Of a stretch of 64,000 bases of DNA, positions 46,563 through 60,421 are shown piece after piece. The notes below the pieces were generated by a model that saw only the letters and a program-made list of their open reading frames with translations, made no database searches and was not told the DNA's origin. How positions within the stretch are numbered: position 1 is the stretch's first letter; each line of letters opens with the position of its first letter. Location: NCBI GenBank assembly GCA_024234055.1, contig JACKOW010000001.1:146710-210709 (forward strand). Direction: 5' to 3'. Source of the DNA: Rhodanobacteraceae bacterium. GTDB taxonomy: Bacteria; Pseudomonadota; Gammaproteobacteria; Xanthomonadales; SZUA-5. Position numbers and translations under genes: made by a program.

Positions 46563-48284
46563 ATGCGCGTCCGTGTCCTGATCTTGCTGCTGGCCTTGCT
46601 GATCGGCAATACCGCCACAGCAGCCAAGGTGGGCCCCTCGCCGTGGCCGCAGACCCGTGAACTTCCGGCAGGCGAAGGCCCTTGGGTGGTGCGTGCCCGC
46701 TTCACGTCCGATCAGTCGCTGACTCGATTGCTGGAGCGGGCGGCGCCGTGGCGGGTGGATCGTGATGCCGGGCAGCTGATCATCGAGGTCAACTCTCGCG
46801 CCGAATATCAACAACTGCTGGACGAGGGCTTTGCAGTTGCCGTCGATCCAGAGCTGACTGCCGAGGCCTTCGGTCCGGTGCCGGAAACGCCGGACCAGAC
46901 CGAGAGCATCTCGGGCTATCCCTGTTACCGTACGGTCGAAGAAAGTCTGGCCAGTGCCCAGGCTTTGGTGGCGCAACACGGCGCCATCGCCGAGCTGGTC
47001 GACATCGGCGACAGCTGGAAGAAGCAGCAGAACGCCGCGCAGGGCTACGATCTGTGGGTGCTGCGGCTGACCAATCGATCCATCCCCGGCATCAAGCCCG
47101 TGCACTATCTGCAGGGCGGTTTGCACGCCCGCGAGTACGTGACCTCCGAGACCGTTTTGCGCTATGGCGAATGGTTGGCGGCGCAGTACGATGTCAATCC
47201 GGATGTGACCTGGATACTGGACCACCAGGAGGTGCATATCCTGTTCCATGCCAATCCGGATGGGCGCAAGGTGGCCGAAGTCTCCAGCACGCGCTCGCAG
47301 CGCAAGAATCGCGACGAAAACTACTGCTCGACCGGAAGTACTACGGTGGGCGTGGACAACAACCGAAATTTCCCCTTCGACTGGGGTGGTCCGGGCAGCT
47401 CTGGGACGGCATGCAATGAGACCTTCAGAGGTCCCGCAGCCGCTTCGGAGCCAGAGTCGCAGGCCATCATTGCCTACCTGCAGCAGATCTTTCCCGATCA
47501 ACGCAACGAAGGGCCGGGCGTCGATCTGGTGACCCCGGTGTCGCTCGATGCCACCGGCATCTACATGGATGTGCACAGCAACGCCGGCACTACCTGGTGG
47601 CCCTGGGGCAATGTCAACGGCGTGTTTGCGCCGAATCGTTTCGAGCTGCAGACACTGGGCCGCAAGATCGCCTATTACAACGGGCTGACGCCGGAACAGT
47701 CGAATGCGGGCGGCGCCATCGGCGGCGCCACGGATGACTTCACCTATGGCACGTTGGGTGTGGCTGCATTCACCATCGAAATGGACGGGAGCAGTTTCTG
47801 GCCGAGCTGCACCAGCTACGAAAACACCCTGGTACAACCCACGCTGGATGGATTCTTCATGGCCTCCAAGCTGGCGCGCGCGCCCTATCGCTGGGCTGCC
47901 GGCCCGGAGATCGTCAATGTGCTGGCCGCGCCGGCCCAGATCAGTCTGGGCGGCACGGTGACCATCACTGCGCGCGCCGAAGACGCCCGATTCAACAACA
48001 CCGTCGGCACCGAGCCCTCGCAGACGGTGACCAGTGTGGCCATCTACGCCATGCCACCGTGGCAGGCGGGCGCCACGGCGCTGGCCCAGTTCCAGCCGAG
48101 CGACGGCGCCTTCAACAGCACTACCGAGAACATCACCGTTGACCTGCCCGCCAGCAGCCTGAGTGCCGGCCGTCAGCTGCTGTATCTGCGTGCCACCGAT
48201 GCCCTCGGCAACGCAGGCCCGGTGGCTGCGGTCTTCGTGACCGTCGGCCAGTCCGATCCCCTGTTCCAGAACGGTTTCGAGTAG
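46563..48284 (+). CDS. secreted M14-family zinc carboxypeptidase with C-terminal beta domain
   Basis: Signal peptide plus HAREY zinc-binding region, NPDG, and later H and E catalytic motifs. Confidence 0.85.
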   Translation: MRVRVLILLLALLIGNTATAAKVGPSPWPQTRELPAGEGPWVVRARFTSDQSLTRLLERAAPWRVDRDAGQLIIEVNSRAEYQQLLDEGFAVAVDPELTAEAFGPVPETPDQTESISGYPCYRTVEESLASAQALVAQHGAIAELVDIGDSWKKQQNAAQGYDLWVLRLTNRSIPGIKPVHYLQGGLHAREYVTSETVLRYGEWLAAQYDVNPDVTWILDHQEVHILFHANPDGRKVAEVSSTRSQRKNRDENYCSTGSTTVGVDNNRNFPFDWGGPGSSGTACNETFRGPAAASEPESQAIIAYLQQIFPDQRNEGPGVDLVTPVSLDATGIYMDVHSNAGTTWWPWGNVNGVFAPNRFELQTLGRKIAYYNGLTPEQSNAGGAIGGATDDFTYGTLGVAAFTIEMDGSSFWPSCTSYENTLVQPTLDGFFMASKLARAPYRWAAGPEIVNVLAAPAQISLGGTVTITARAEDARFNNTVGTEPSQTVTSVAIYAMPPWQAGATALAQFQPSDGAFNSTTENITVDLPASSLSAGRQLLYLRATDALGNAGPVAAVFVTVGQSDPLFQNGFE

Positions 48285-48570
48285 CTGGCGCCGAAGTCGG
48301 TTGCCGGCGGTTGCTCGGTAGCCCCTGTGAAAGTCCCGGTCGCCACTGGCGGTGCACCTACTCGCGCATCAAGCAGGCGGCGGGGGCTGGGGTCCCACTG
48401 CGCGGCACGGTCAGATCACCTGTCGTGATTGAACCCCTATCCCTTGCCCCTGATTTTCTGGTTCGAACCCTGCGCCGACATTGGGAAATTTGGCGAAGCA
48501 AGGGACTGCGACAGGGCGAGGGCCGTGATTTGCGCGATGATGGCAGCTCTGACCGGCGCCTTGAGGATTC

Positions 48571-49824
48571 ATGGACCTCGATCTGATCCACTACCGTGAG
48601 CTGGACGCGCGTCTGGTGTCGCTGGTCAAGGACATCAAGATGCTCAGCACACTGAGCTGGCCCAAACGCGCGCAGGAAGAATTTCTGGCAGCCTGGCGCG
48701 CCGGAAATCCTTATCTGCCCGAGGTCAAGTACAAGAAGTTTGACTACAGCGACCGTCGCGCCGGTCTGGCGGAGATCTTCGATCAGTGCGAGCCGGATCA
48801 TCCGATCGGCCAGTACCTGCAGAACACCGTGATCTCCTGGCAGGTGGCCACGCTGTTGCTGGAACGCCTGGGTACGCCGCAGATGACCGAATACTCGATC
48901 AATCTGTACGGTCGCCCGGGCGATCAGATCGCCGGATCGGCGGTCAACAACCTGCAGGCGGCCGAGCATTTCATCAGCGTGGCCGATGACGTCATGGGCA
49001 ACAGCGCGCTCACTGAAACCGAATACTGCCTGTCGGCCGATATTCTCAAGAACGAGATGGAACACCGGCTGGGCGAGGTCTTCACCCAGGACAAGGTGTC
49101 CATCGAGATCGATCCGGATCTGGTGGCCAAGGCCGCCGCCGGCCCCACGCGCATCCGCCTGCGTGCCGGCACCTGCTTTTCCGACTACGATCTCTCGCAG
49201 CTGCTGGAGCACGAGGCCTTCGTGCACTCGCTGACCTCACTGAATGGGCGCGCCCAGAGCAATCTCGGCAGTCTGGGCCTGAATTCGCCCCGGATCACCG
49301 CCACCCAGGAAGGGCTGGCGGTGTTTGCCGAACTGGTCACCGGCTCGATCGACATTACCCGGATGAAGCGCATCTCGCTGCGCATCCAGGCGATCCATAT
49401 GGCGCTGCATGGCGCCAATTTCATCGAGGTGTTCCGCTTCTTCCTGGACCAGGGACAGACCGAAGCCGAGAGCTTCACGTCAACCATGCGCGTGTTCCGA
49501 GGTGCACCGACCACTGGCGGGCATGCCTTCACCAAGGACACGGTCTATCTGCACGGCCTCCTGTCGGTGCATACCTTTTTCCGGTGGGCGCTGCGTTCGG
49601 GCAAGCTGGAACTGGCCCAGCACCTGTTTGCCGGCAAGATGACGCTGCAGGATGTGGTGGGCCTGGAGCCCTTCGTACAATCCGGATTCATCGATCCGCC
49701 GAAGTATCTGCCGCCATGGATGCGCCGCAGCAACGGCCTTGCCGGCTATCTGTCCTTCTCGCTGTTCGTCAATCGCATCCGCCTCGATCAGGTCGAACGA
49801 GAGCATGTGCTGATGGGTGTGTAG
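48571..49824 (+). CDS. DUF1704 / QEGLA-motif protein
   Basis: Contains HEAFVH and the diagnostic TQEGLAVFAE motif. 417 aa. Confidence 0.8.
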   Translation: MDLDLIHYRELDARLVSLVKDIKMLSTLSWPKRAQEEFLAAWRAGNPYLPEVKYKKFDYSDRRAGLAEIFDQCEPDHPIGQYLQNTVISWQVATLLLERLGTPQMTEYSINLYGRPGDQIAGSAVNNLQAAEHFISVADDVMGNSALTETEYCLSADILKNEMEHRLGEVFTQDKVSIEIDPDLVAKAAAGPTRIRLRAGTCFSDYDLSQLLEHEAFVHSLTSLNGRAQSNLGSLGLNSPRITATQEGLAVFAELVTGSIDITRMKRISLRIQAIHMALHGANFIEVFRFFLDQGQTEAESFTSTMRVFRGAPTTGGHAFTKDTVYLHGLLSVHTFFRWALRSGKLELAQHLFAGKMTLQDVVGLEPFVQSGFIDPPKYLPPWMRRSNGLAGYLSFSLFVNRIRLDQVEREHVLMGV

Positions 49825-49825
49825 A

Positions 49826-50215
49826 AGGAACTTGCGTCGCGACCGTGGCGTCGGCAACGGTGGCGAAAATCGGGAACCGCGGTGAGCTGTTTTCAATAGC
49901 GGAACGCAGAGAACGCCGAGAGGCGCTGTTTGTTGTAGGAGCGACCTTGCGTCGCGACCGTGGTATCGGGCAGCTGTGGCGAAGATCGGGAACCGCGGTG
50001 AGTGGGTCGCAAAAGCCGAACGCGGAGAACGCAGAGGGGCGCGGAGAACGCAGAGAGGAGCTTGTCCAGATCCAATTTGCTTTTCTCTGCGTTCTTGGCG
50101 GCCCCTGCGTTCTCTGCGTTGTTGCTCTTCCCCGCCACCGAGCGACACGATCAGCTGGTGTCGTATGCCGATGGCTCCGGTCGCGCCGCAAGGGCGCTCC
50201 TACGGGTGAACCGGC
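49826..50215. repeat. composite REP region: ~95-bp duplicated segment (offset ~113 bp), CGCAGAGAACGC inverted repeat, TGTAGGAGCG palindrome pair
   Basis: 49831-49922 resembles 49945-50038. GCGGAGAACGCAGAG x2 pairs with TCTCTGCGTTCT..CTGCGTTCTCTGCG. TTGTAGGAGCG (49934) pairs with GCGCTCCTACGGG (50196). Confidence 0.85.
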
Positions 50216-50242
50216 GATCTGCAGCGAAGTGGAAAAATCAGG

Positions 50243-50662
50243 CTACAGCAGCGCACCGACGACCAATGCGGCCACATAGCACAGCAGTGCCACGGCCGAG
50301 CCCAGCAGCGGCGTGATGAACCAGTAGCGATAGGCCAGGGTGGTGAATCCGGCGAGCATCAGCAGGCCAGTGGTCTGCAGAAAGATCGACTGGAACAGGA
50401 TCTGCGGGTGCGCCTGTGCGAGGTAGCCGTAGACCAGTCCGAACAACATCGCGCCCATGGAATGACTGACATTGAAGCCGATCCACATCTTCCAGATGGT
50501 GGTCTGGGTCGTGATCACCGGCGCGCTGCCGCGCATGGCCTGTTGCAGCGTGCGGTCCCTGGGCAGGAGTTTTGGCCCGTGATAGGTCAGCACCAGATGA
50601 GCCAGACCCAACAAGCCGATGATCGACGCGCTCGTGGTCATCAGCAGTTGTGGCGTGGTCAA
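50243..50662 (-). CDS. small integral membrane protein
   Basis: 139 aa with four predicted TM helices and coding-type third-position GC. Confidence 0.55.
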   Translation of the reverse strand: MTTPQLLMTTSASIIGLLGLAHLVLTYHGPKLLPRDRTLQQAMRGSAPVITTQTTIWKMWIGFNVSHSMGAMLFGLVYGYLAQAHPQILFQSIFLQTTGLLMLAGFTTLAYRYWFITPLLGSAVALLCYVAALVVGALL

Positions 50663-50735
50663 TTCGTTCTCCTGAGGTTGGACCGCAGCGGAGCGCTCTC
50701 AGAGCGCAGTCGCATCGGCCGATTGAGCAGGCTCG

Positions 50736-51068
50736 TCATGCCTCGTCCGGCCGTCGCGCCTCCACCATGGCATCACGGCCATCGTCCAACACAGTGACCT
50801 TGATCTCGATCGGGTGGCAGCAATACTGGCAATCCTCGATGTAGCTCTGCACGCCGAGGGTGAGGTCGGCGCTGCTTTCATAACTCTGCCAGCAATGCGG
50901 ACACTCTATCTCGATCAGCGCATCCAATGGCCGCTGACGTGCATCCTGCCCGGCTTCGAAAACTGGCTCCAGACCATAGAGCTGGTCGACATGGGCCGCG
51001 TCCATGCGCAGGGCCGAACCGAGCAGCAGCTCGGACTCGGGCGTGGCTCGGGCGGGCTGGCGTCGCAT
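50736..51068 (-). CDS. CPXCG-motif cysteine-rich small protein
   Basis: CPHCW...CQYCCHPI zinc-ribbon-like pairs. The ATG overlaps the hemJ stop (TGATG). An internal start at 51005 is also possible. Confidence 0.65.
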   Translation of the reverse strand: MRRQPARATPESELLLGSALRMDAAHVDQLYGLEPVFEAGQDARQRPLDALIEIECPHCWQSYESSADLTLGVQSYIEDCQYCCHPIEIKVTVLDDGRDAMVEARRPDEA

Positions 51069-51487
51069 CAGAAGGACTTGGCAACCGCGAGGTAGATGAT
51101 CGGAATGGCCAGCACCAGTGCAATCTCGTTGTACCAGCGGAAGAACACCGAACTGGGCAGGGCGGCGCCGGCGGCGGCCTTCTTCAGATAGCGGCCACTG
51201 TGGATGTAGAAGGCAAACAGGATGGCCACCAGCACCAGTTTCGCGTGCAGCCAGGGACCGGCGATCTTGAAATGCATCCAGAGTGTCAGGCCGAACAGGA
51301 CCATGAAGGCAAACATGATGTGTCCGAACTTGTACAGCCGGCGACCCATCAGCAGCAAGCGTTCACGGATGGCGGCCGCATCACCGACCTCGGCGACGTT
51401 CACGAGGATGCGGGGCAGATAGAACACCGCCGCCATCCAGGCGATGACGAAAAGGATGTGCAGGGTCTTGATCCAGGGGTAGCTCAT
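51068..51487 (-). CDS. hemJ: protoporphyrinogen IX oxidase HemJ
   Basis: 139 aa. N-terminus WIKTLHILFVIAWMAAVFYLPRILV is typical of the HemJ family. Confidence 0.85.
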   Translation of the reverse strand: MSYPWIKTLHILFVIAWMAAVFYLPRILVNVAEVGDAAAIRERLLLMGRRLYKFGHIMFAFMVLFGLTLWMHFKIAGPWLHAKLVLVAILFAFYIHSGRYLKKAAAGAALPSSVFFRWYNEIALVLAIPIIYLAVAKSF

Positions 51488-51646
51488 CAGTCACTCAGCT
51501 TTGCGTGTTCAGGCCCTCAGAGTGCCACGGACAGAGGTCTGATTGAAGTGAATTCGGTGGGAGTCCTGGTTGAGGATGGCGGTGCGCCTGTCCGCGTATC
51601 AAGCGTTGGAGGGTGCAAGGGCCGCAAAGCCAGCCTCGCCGTAGCT

Positions 51647-51700
51647 CTTGATCTTGCGTGCCCTCGTGCCCTCTCGCCCTCGTGCCCTCAAACAAATGAC
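51647..51700. repeat. GAGGGCGC-family arm in inverted orientation
   Basis: CTTGATCTTGCGTGCCCTCGTGCCCTCTCGCCCTCGTGCCCTCAAACAAATGAC is the reverse complement of the 44570-44640 consensus, including both flanks. Confidence 0.85.
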
Positions 51701-51723
51701 ATCCGCAGGAGTGATCGGGCCGA

Positions 51724-51753
51724 CCAAACAAAACGCCGGCTTTCGCCGGCGTT
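51724..51753 (-). terminator. rho-independent terminator of the atp operon
   Basis: On the minus strand, AACGCCGGC-GAAA-GCCGGCGTT is followed by TTGTTTGG, 25 nt after the atpC stop. Confidence 0.75.
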
Positions 51754-51777
51754 CTGGGTGAGCCTGATGAAGCCGGA

Positions 51778-52194
51778 TCAGTGCTTGCCGCGCAGCTTGT
51801 TGATCAGCTGCAACTGGGCAGCGGCCTCTGCCAGACGGGCCTGGGCTTCGGCAATCTCGATGGCGTCCGTGCGGTTGGCGATGGCCTTCTCCGCATCTTC
51901 CTTGGCCTGCTTGGCCGCAGCTTCGTCCAGATCCGCCGCGCGCACCGCGGTATCGGTGAGGATGGTGACGACGCTGGGCTGCACTTCCATGATGCCGCCG
52001 GACACGTACAGGAACAGCTCTTCGTCATTGGGCTGAATCACCCGCACCTGACCGGGCTTCAGGCGCGTGATCAAGGGCGCATGGCGCGGCGCAATACCGA
52101 GCTCACCCATCTCGCCGGTAGCTACCACAAGCTTGGCCTCACCGTGAAACACGGAGGCTTCGGCACTGACGACATCGACGCGGATGGTGGACAT
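51778..52194 (-). CDS. atpC: F1 ATP synthase epsilon subunit
   Basis: 138 aa, conserved N-terminal beta sandwich, last gene of the atp operon. Confidence 0.95.
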   Translation of the reverse strand: MSTIRVDVVSAEASVFHGEAKLVVATGEMGELGIAPRHAPLITRLKPGQVRVIQPNDEELFLYVSGGIMEVQPSVVTILTDTAVRAADLDEAAAKQAKEDAEKAIANRTDAIEIAEAQARLAEAAAQLQLINKLRGKH

Positions 52195-52263
52195 GGGGCT
52201 GGTGCTCCGAAACTGGTTTTTGGTGTTGCTGGGCTGCGGCGCCCGGTAAGCGTCTGCGGCCGG

Positions 52264-52345
52264 GTAAAACGTAAAACGTAAAACGTCAATGAAAGCGAAA
52301 AGCTCGGCGCTGGCGAAATTGACGTTTTACATTTTACGTTTTACC
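52264..52345. repeat. tandem-heptamer inverted repeat, GTAAAAC family (atpD-atpC spacer)
   Basis: GTAAAAC x3 + GTCAAT (52264-52290) pairs with ATTGAC GTTTTAC ATTTTAC GTTTTAC (52319-52344). Confidence 0.92.
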
Positions 52346-52403
52346 TGTGCCGCAGGGCATGAGATGCCGGTGACGCCGAGATATGCGTCACCGGCACGGC
52401 AGA

Positions 52404-53952
<1,549 letters not shown>

Positions 53953-53956
53953 GCTC

Positions 53957-54820
53957 TTAAACTGCTGCCGCGCCGCCGACGATTTCGCTGATCTCCTGCG
54001 TGATCGCGGCCTGACGAGCCTTGTTGTAGATCAGCGTGAGATTGTCGATGGCCTTGGTGGCGTTGTCGCTGGCCGACTTCATGGCCACCATGCGGGCGGC
54101 GTGTTCGGAGGCCAAATTTTCCAGTACGGCCTGATACACCAGGCTTTCGATGTAGCGCGACAGCACGTGATCCATGATCTCGGGCGCGCTGGGCTCGTAC
54201 AGATAATCCCACTGATGCTTGCTGTCCAGATCGTCGGTGGGCAGCAGCGGCAGCAGCTGGTCGACCGTGATCTTCTGGGTCATGGTGTTGACGAAATCAT
54301 TGTAGGCCACGAACAGACGATCGACTCGGCCGTCCATGTAGCTGTCCAGCATCACCTTGATGGCGCCGATCAGCTGATCCACCCGCGGTTTCTCCCCGAG
54401 GTGGGTGACCGAGCCGACCATGTCGACCTTGAGGCGCTTGAAGAAGGCCGTGGCCTTGGCGCCGATGCAGACCACTTCGATCTGCGCGCCCTTGGCCTGC
54501 CACTCGCGGATCTCGCCGAGCAGCTTGCGGAACAGATTGGCGTTGAGGCCGCCGCACAGGCCGCGATCGGTGGATACGATGACGTAGCCGACATGCGACA
54601 CCTCGTCACGCTCGACGAGGAAGGGGTGCTGGTACTCGGTGTTGGCCTTGGCGACGTGGCCAATGACCTGGCGCATCAGCTGCGCGTACGGACGCGAAGC
54701 CTTCATCAGCTCCTGCGCACGACGAATCTTGCTCGCCGACACCATTTCCAGAGCACGCGTCACCTTGCGGGTGTTCTGCACGCTCTTGATCTTGGTTCGA
54801 ATTTCTCTTGCGCCTGCCAT
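53957..54820 (-). CDS. atpG: F1 ATP synthase gamma subunit
   Basis: [32 protein letters not shown]-terminus, 287 aa. Confidence 0.95.
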   Translation of the reverse strand: MAGAREIRTKIKSVQNTRKVTRALEMVSASKIRRAQELMKASRPYAQLMRQVIGHVAKANTEYQHPFLVERDEVSHVGYVIVSTDRGLCGGLNANLFRKLLGEIREWQAKGAQIEVVCIGAKATAFFKRLKVDMVGSVTHLGEKPRVDQLIGAIKVMLDSYMDGRVDRLFVAYNDFVNTMTQKITVDQLLPLLPTDDLDSKHQWDYLYEPSAPEIMDHVLSRYIESLVYQAVLENLASEHAARMVAMKSASDNATKAIDNLTLIYNKARQAAITQEISEIVGGAAAV

Positions 54821-54840
54821 AGGGTGCTCGCTTCGCTCGC

Positions 54841-54950
54841 GGTGAAAAGTGAAAGGTGAAACGTGAAAGGGGCTTCCTAGTGGGTGGGAACTGAGGGCTT
54901 TTAGTTGACGTTTAACGTTTCACGTTTAACTCTACTTGCCTCAACTCCGA
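54841..54950. repeat. tandem-heptamer inverted repeat, GTGAAAC variant (atpA-atpG spacer)
   Basis: GGTGAAAAGTGAAAGGTGAAACGTGAAAGG pairs with GTTGACGTTTAACGTTTCACGTTTAAC. The flank CTACTTGCCTCA matches the flank of the 6261-6562 element. Confidence 0.85.
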
Positions 54951-54971
54951 CCTCCGTGCGGAGTGTCCCGC

Positions 54972-56519
54972 TCACCAACTCCCCGTCTTCTTGAACTCCG
55001 CAATACCCTTCTTGAAGGTCTCTTCGATGTCCTTGTTCCAGTCGCCACTGACGGCCATGTCGCTCATGAGCTGGCCGTGGTTGCTGTGGAAGTGCTGGTG
55101 CAGGGCTTTTTCGAAGGCCTGGATCTTGTTCATTGGCAGATCGTCCATGTGGCCCTCGTTGACGCAATACAGCGACAGCGCCATTTCAGAGACCGACATC
55201 GGGGCGTACTGCTTCTGCTTCATCAACTCGGTGACGCGCTGACCGCGTTCCAGCTGGGCGCGGGTGGCGGCGTCCAGATCGGAAGCGAACTGGGCGAAGG
55301 CGGCCAGCTCACGATACTGCGCCAGTGCCAGTCGCACACCGCCGCCGAGCTTCTTGATGGCCTTGGTCTGGGCCGAGCCGCCGACGCGGGACACCGAGAC
55401 GCCGGCGTTCATGGCGGGGCGGATACCGGCATTGAACAGATCGGTTTCGAGGAAGATCTGGCCGTCGGTGATCGAGATCACGTTGGTCGGCACGAAGGCC
55501 GAAACGTCACCGGCCTGGGTTTCGATGATCGGCAGTGCGGTCAGTGAACCGGTCTTGCCCTTGACCTCGCCCATCGTGAACTTCTCGACGTACTCCTCGT
55601 TGACGCGCGCTGCGCGCTCGAGCAGACGCGAATGCAGATAGAAGACGTCACCGGGATAGGCTTCACGACCCGGCGGACGGCGCAGCAGCAGTGAGATCTG
55701 GCGATAGGCCCAGGCCTGCTTGGTCAGATCGTCGTAGATGATCAGCGCATCTTCGCCGCGGTCACGGAAGTATTCGCCCATGGCACAGCCGGCGTAAGCG
55801 GCGACGTACTGCATGGCGGCCGATTCCGAAGCCGAGGCGGCCACGATGATGGTGTGGGCGAGGGCGCCGTGCTCTTCCAGCTTGCGCACCACGTTGGCAA
55901 TCGAGCTCTGCTTCTGGCCGATGGCGACATAGATGCATTTGATGCCGCTGCCTTTCTGATTGATGATGGTGTCAATGGCCAGTGCGGTCTTGCCGGTCTG
56001 GCGATCGCCGATGATCAGCTCACGCTGACCGCGACCCACCGGGACCATGGCGTCGACCGACTTGTAGCCGGTCTGCACCGGCTGGGCGACCGACTTGCGC
56101 CAGATCACGCCGGGCGCAACCTTCTCGATGGGGCTCGACAGCTTGGCGCCGAGCGGGCCCTTGGCATCAATCGGATTGCCGAGCGCGTCGACCACGCGGC
56201 CGAGCAGTTCCGGTCCGACCGGCACTTCCAGAATGCGGCCGGTGGTCTTGACCGTATCGCCTTCGCGCAGGTGCTCGTAGTCACCGAGCACCACTGAACC
56301 GACCGAGTCGCGCTCAAGGTTCAAGGCCAGCGCGAAGGTATCGCCCGGCATCTCGATCATTTCGCCCTGCATCACGTCGGCGAGGCCGTGAATACGCACG
56401 ATGCCGTCCGAGACCGAGACGATGGTGCCTTCGTTGCGCGCTTCGGCGGAGGTCTTGAACTTTTCGATGCGCGACTTGATGAGGTCGCTGATCTCGGAAG
56501 GGTTCAGTTGCGTCTGCAT
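54972..56519 (-). CDS. atpA: F1 ATP synthase alpha subunit
   Basis: Start at ATG 56519 ([18 protein letters not shown]). Walker A GDRQTGKT. Confidence 0.97.
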   Translation of the reverse strand: MQTQLNPSEISDLIKSRIEKFKTSAEARNEGTIVSVSDGIVRIHGLADVMQGEMIEMPGDTFALALNLERDSVGSVVLGDYEHLREGDTVKTTGRILEVPVGPELLGRVVDALGNPIDAKGPLGAKLSSPIEKVAPGVIWRKSVAQPVQTGYKSVDAMVPVGRGQRELIIGDRQTGKTALAIDTIINQKGSGIKCIYVAIGQKQSSIANVVRKLEEHGALAHTIIVAASASESAAMQYVAAYAGCAMGEYFRDRGEDALIIYDDLTKQAWAYRQISLLLRRPPGREAYPGDVFYLHSRLLERAARVNEEYVEKFTMGEVKGKTGSLTALPIIETQAGDVSAFVPTNVISITDGQIFLETDLFNAGIRPAMNAGVSVSRVGGSAQTKAIKKLGGGVRLALAQYRELAAFAQFASDLDAATRAQLERGQRVTELMKQKQYAPMSVSEMALSLYCVNEGHMDDLPMNKIQAFEKALHQHFHSNHGQLMSDMAVSGDWNKDIEETFKKGIAEFKKTGSW

Positions 56520-56643
56520 GACGGTGGTTTCCTGTAGTGGCGACACCCGGGTCGCGACCGAATCAAATTGTGTTGCTGCAATCTTGCTGCAGCCCTTAGT
56601 TCCAGTATCGGCGCGGCGGTCAGGCCGCAGCCGTGAGCAGCAC

Positions 56644-57177
56644 TTATTGCGCCAGCTCGGTTCGCAGGCGCTGCAGCTTGCCGCGCATCGAACCATCAAT
56701 CACCACGTCGCCGGCCTCGACCACCGCGCCACCGATCAGTTCGGGGTCGATGACGATGTCCAGCGTAGCCACGCGCTTGAAGCGCGCCGCCAGCGCGCCG
56801 GTCAGTTCCTGCTGCTGCACGGCGTCGATCGGCATCGCCGAGCGCACGCGCACCCGGAGGGTGCGCTCGTCTTCGGCGCGCAGCAAATCGAACAGTTCGG
56901 CAATCTGCGGCATCAGCGACAGGCGCTGATTGCCCTCCAGCAGTGCGAGGAAACGGCCATAGCGACTGTCGCTGTTCTCACCTTCCGGCAGGAACAGGTT
57001 CAGCCGGTCGACGGCGGTCAGCTTGGGGCTGTTGATCAGGCTCTGGACGGTGTCGTTGGCCGCAATGTGCGCGGCCAGCGACAGCTTGCCCGACCACTCG
57101 GCGGCGGCCTGATCGGCCTTGGCCAGCTCAAAAGCCGCGCGGGCGTAGGGCCGCGCCAGTGTCAGCGCATTGCTCAT
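56644..57177 (-). CDS. atpH: F1 ATP synthase delta subunit
   Basis: 177 aa with an OSCP-like sequence, positioned between atpF and atpA. Confidence 0.9.
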   Translation of the reverse strand: MSNALTLARPYARAAFELAKADQAAAEWSGKLSLAAHIAANDTVQSLINSPKLTAVDRLNLFLPEGENSDSRYGRFLALLEGNQRLSLMPQIAELFDLLRAEDERTLRVRVRSAMPIDAVQQQELTGALAARFKRVATLDIVIDPELIGGAVVEAGDVVIDGSMRGKLQRLRTELAQ

Positions 57178-57650
57178 TGGCGGATCTCTTTGATCAGATC
57201 GTCCATCAGTGCCTGATGCACCTTGGGGTCGATTTCCTTGCGGATCAGGTGCTCGGCACCCTTGATCGCCAGATCAGCCACATGCTGGGCCAGTGCCTGT
57301 CGCGTGCGATGAGCTTCAGTCGCGATCTCGGCAAAAGCCACCGACTTCTGACGGCTGCCTTCGGCAATCGCATCAGCCTTGGCCTTGTCGAGAATGGCCG
57401 AGTATTCCTTCTCGGCGCGGTCACGGATGCCCGCAGCTTCGCCACGTGCTTCGCGGATCACCGCATCCTGCTTCTCACTCGCCTGTGCCAGTGCGCGCTG
57501 CCCTTCTTCGGCAGCGGCCAGACCGTCGGCAATCTTCTTCTGTCGCTCTTCGATGGCGCTGTTGATCAGCGGCCAGCCGAACTTCATGACCACCCAGGCC
57601 GTCGCGAAGAACGCGAGGCCCTGGATGACCAAGGTCAAGTTGATATTCAT
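57174..57650 (-). CDS. atpF: Fo ATP synthase b subunit
   Basis: N-terminal TM plus a long charged helix, 158 aa. Confidence 0.9.
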   Translation of the reverse strand: MNINLTLVIQGLAFFATAWVVMKFGWPLINSAIEERQKKIADGLAAAEEGQRALAQASEKQDAVIREARGEAAGIRDRAEKEYSAILDKAKADAIAEGSRQKSVAFAEIATEAHRTRQALAQHVADLAIKGAEHLIRKEIDPKVHQALMDDLIKEIRQ

Positions 57651-57708
57651 CGCTCTACTCCGTTACAGCGGCCGCGCTTGGGCGGCCGCCGGGACTATCG
57701 AGGCCGGA

Positions 57709-57972
<264 letters not shown>

Positions 57973-58024
57973 TCAACTCCGTAGTGACTGTTTCAGTTTG
58001 GGTGAAAGGTGCAGCGAAAAAGGA

Positions 58025-59336
<1,312 letters not shown>

Positions 59337-59517
59337 GTTGTTCAGAATTCACACACGAAACGTCCAAAAAGCTGAGTCAGGACTCTACTTGCGGCGGAAT
59401 GGGCCGAGCGGCACCTGCCCTCGGCGCTTGCTGCCGACTTCCACGCCTCGGCATACTCCATGACCTGCCGTAGTGATTCTGTGTGCTGCGGAGCCACACT
59501 CTCACGAGCATTGATCG

Positions 59518-60363
59518 ATGAGCAAATCGAAACCGGTCTACGTAGACGTGCCCGCCGGCAGTTTCGTTTTCCGCGAAGGCGACGCGGGCAGTGACATGTT
59601 CATCATCGAGACCGGCTCGGTCGAGATTCTGCGCCGTGCCCGCGGTGAGACGCCGATCGCGACTTTGGGTCCTGGCGATTTCTTCGGCGAAATGGCCATC
59701 CTCGAAGATCAGCCGCGCTTTGCCGCGGTTCGGGCTGCGACGGCCACGCGTCTGTTGCGCATCGACCGCGCCGCCTTTGCCGACATGTTGCGCGACAACT
59801 TCGAAATCGCGGTACGCATCATGCGCAAGCTGGTGGCACGCTTGCGACGGACCGAGGAGCAGATGCAGGCGGTTCAGGAAGAACTTGATCGGCTCAAGCG
59901 CGGTACTGCGCCTTCCCGGCCTGGCGGACCCGTCGCCAGCACCTTCGGCCCGGCCGAAACGGTCAAGGCCGATCTGTCGCAGACCCGGTCGCCGCCAGTG
60001 CGCCGCGCCGCACCGGTCGATCCAGCGCGTATCGGCAAGCCAATCAAGCTGGTGCATGTGGCCAGCGGCAGCGAGTTTGCGCTGAACAGCAGCAAGCCGG
60101 AATTGCTGGTGGGTCGGCCCGATCCGGTCACCGGCATCTTGCCCGAGATCAATCTGGGGCCCCTGGATACCCAGCGCAGCCTGTCGCGGCGTCACGCCAA
60201 GGTCGTGATCGAGGGCGGCATGCCCTTCTTGCGCGAAGAGGTTGGAACCACCAACGGTACCTACGTCAACGGCGAGCGGCTGCCCACCGGGCAGGCGCGG
60301 CCGCTGGCCATAGGTGATACGCTTCGGTTCGGATCGGTGGAGTTGAAGGTGGAGTCCCTGTGA
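59518..60363 (+). CDS. cyclic-nucleotide-binding domain + FHA domain protein
   Basis: cNMP beta-barrel (FREGDAGSDMFIIETG..GDFFGEMAIL..R.A.V.A) and a C-terminal FHA (GRPD..SRRHAKV..TNGTYVNGERL). Confidence 0.8.
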   Translation: MSKSKPVYVDVPAGSFVFREGDAGSDMFIIETGSVEILRRARGETPIATLGPGDFFGEMAILEDQPRFAAVRAATATRLLRIDRAAFADMLRDNFEIAVRIMRKLVARLRRTEEQMQAVQEELDRLKRGTAPSRPGGPVASTFGPAETVKADLSQTRSPPVRRAAPVDPARIGKPIKLVHVASGSEFALNSSKPELLVGRPDPVTGILPEINLGPLDTQRSLSRRHAKVVIEGGMPFLREEVGTTNGTYVNGERLPTGQARPLAIGDTLRFGSVELKVESL

Positions 60364-60421
60364 CCGATTCCACGGCCGTGATCGTGCGGAGTCTGCAGCA
60401 GACCTTGACAGCGGAGGTGAC

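Noticed and set aside
48311-48586. 91-aa ORF upstream of the DUF1704 gene, and other 60-130 aa ORFs in spacers.
   Set aside because: No RBS, atypical composition and no recognisable motifs. Many are translations of repeat units (for example [22 protein letters not shown]).
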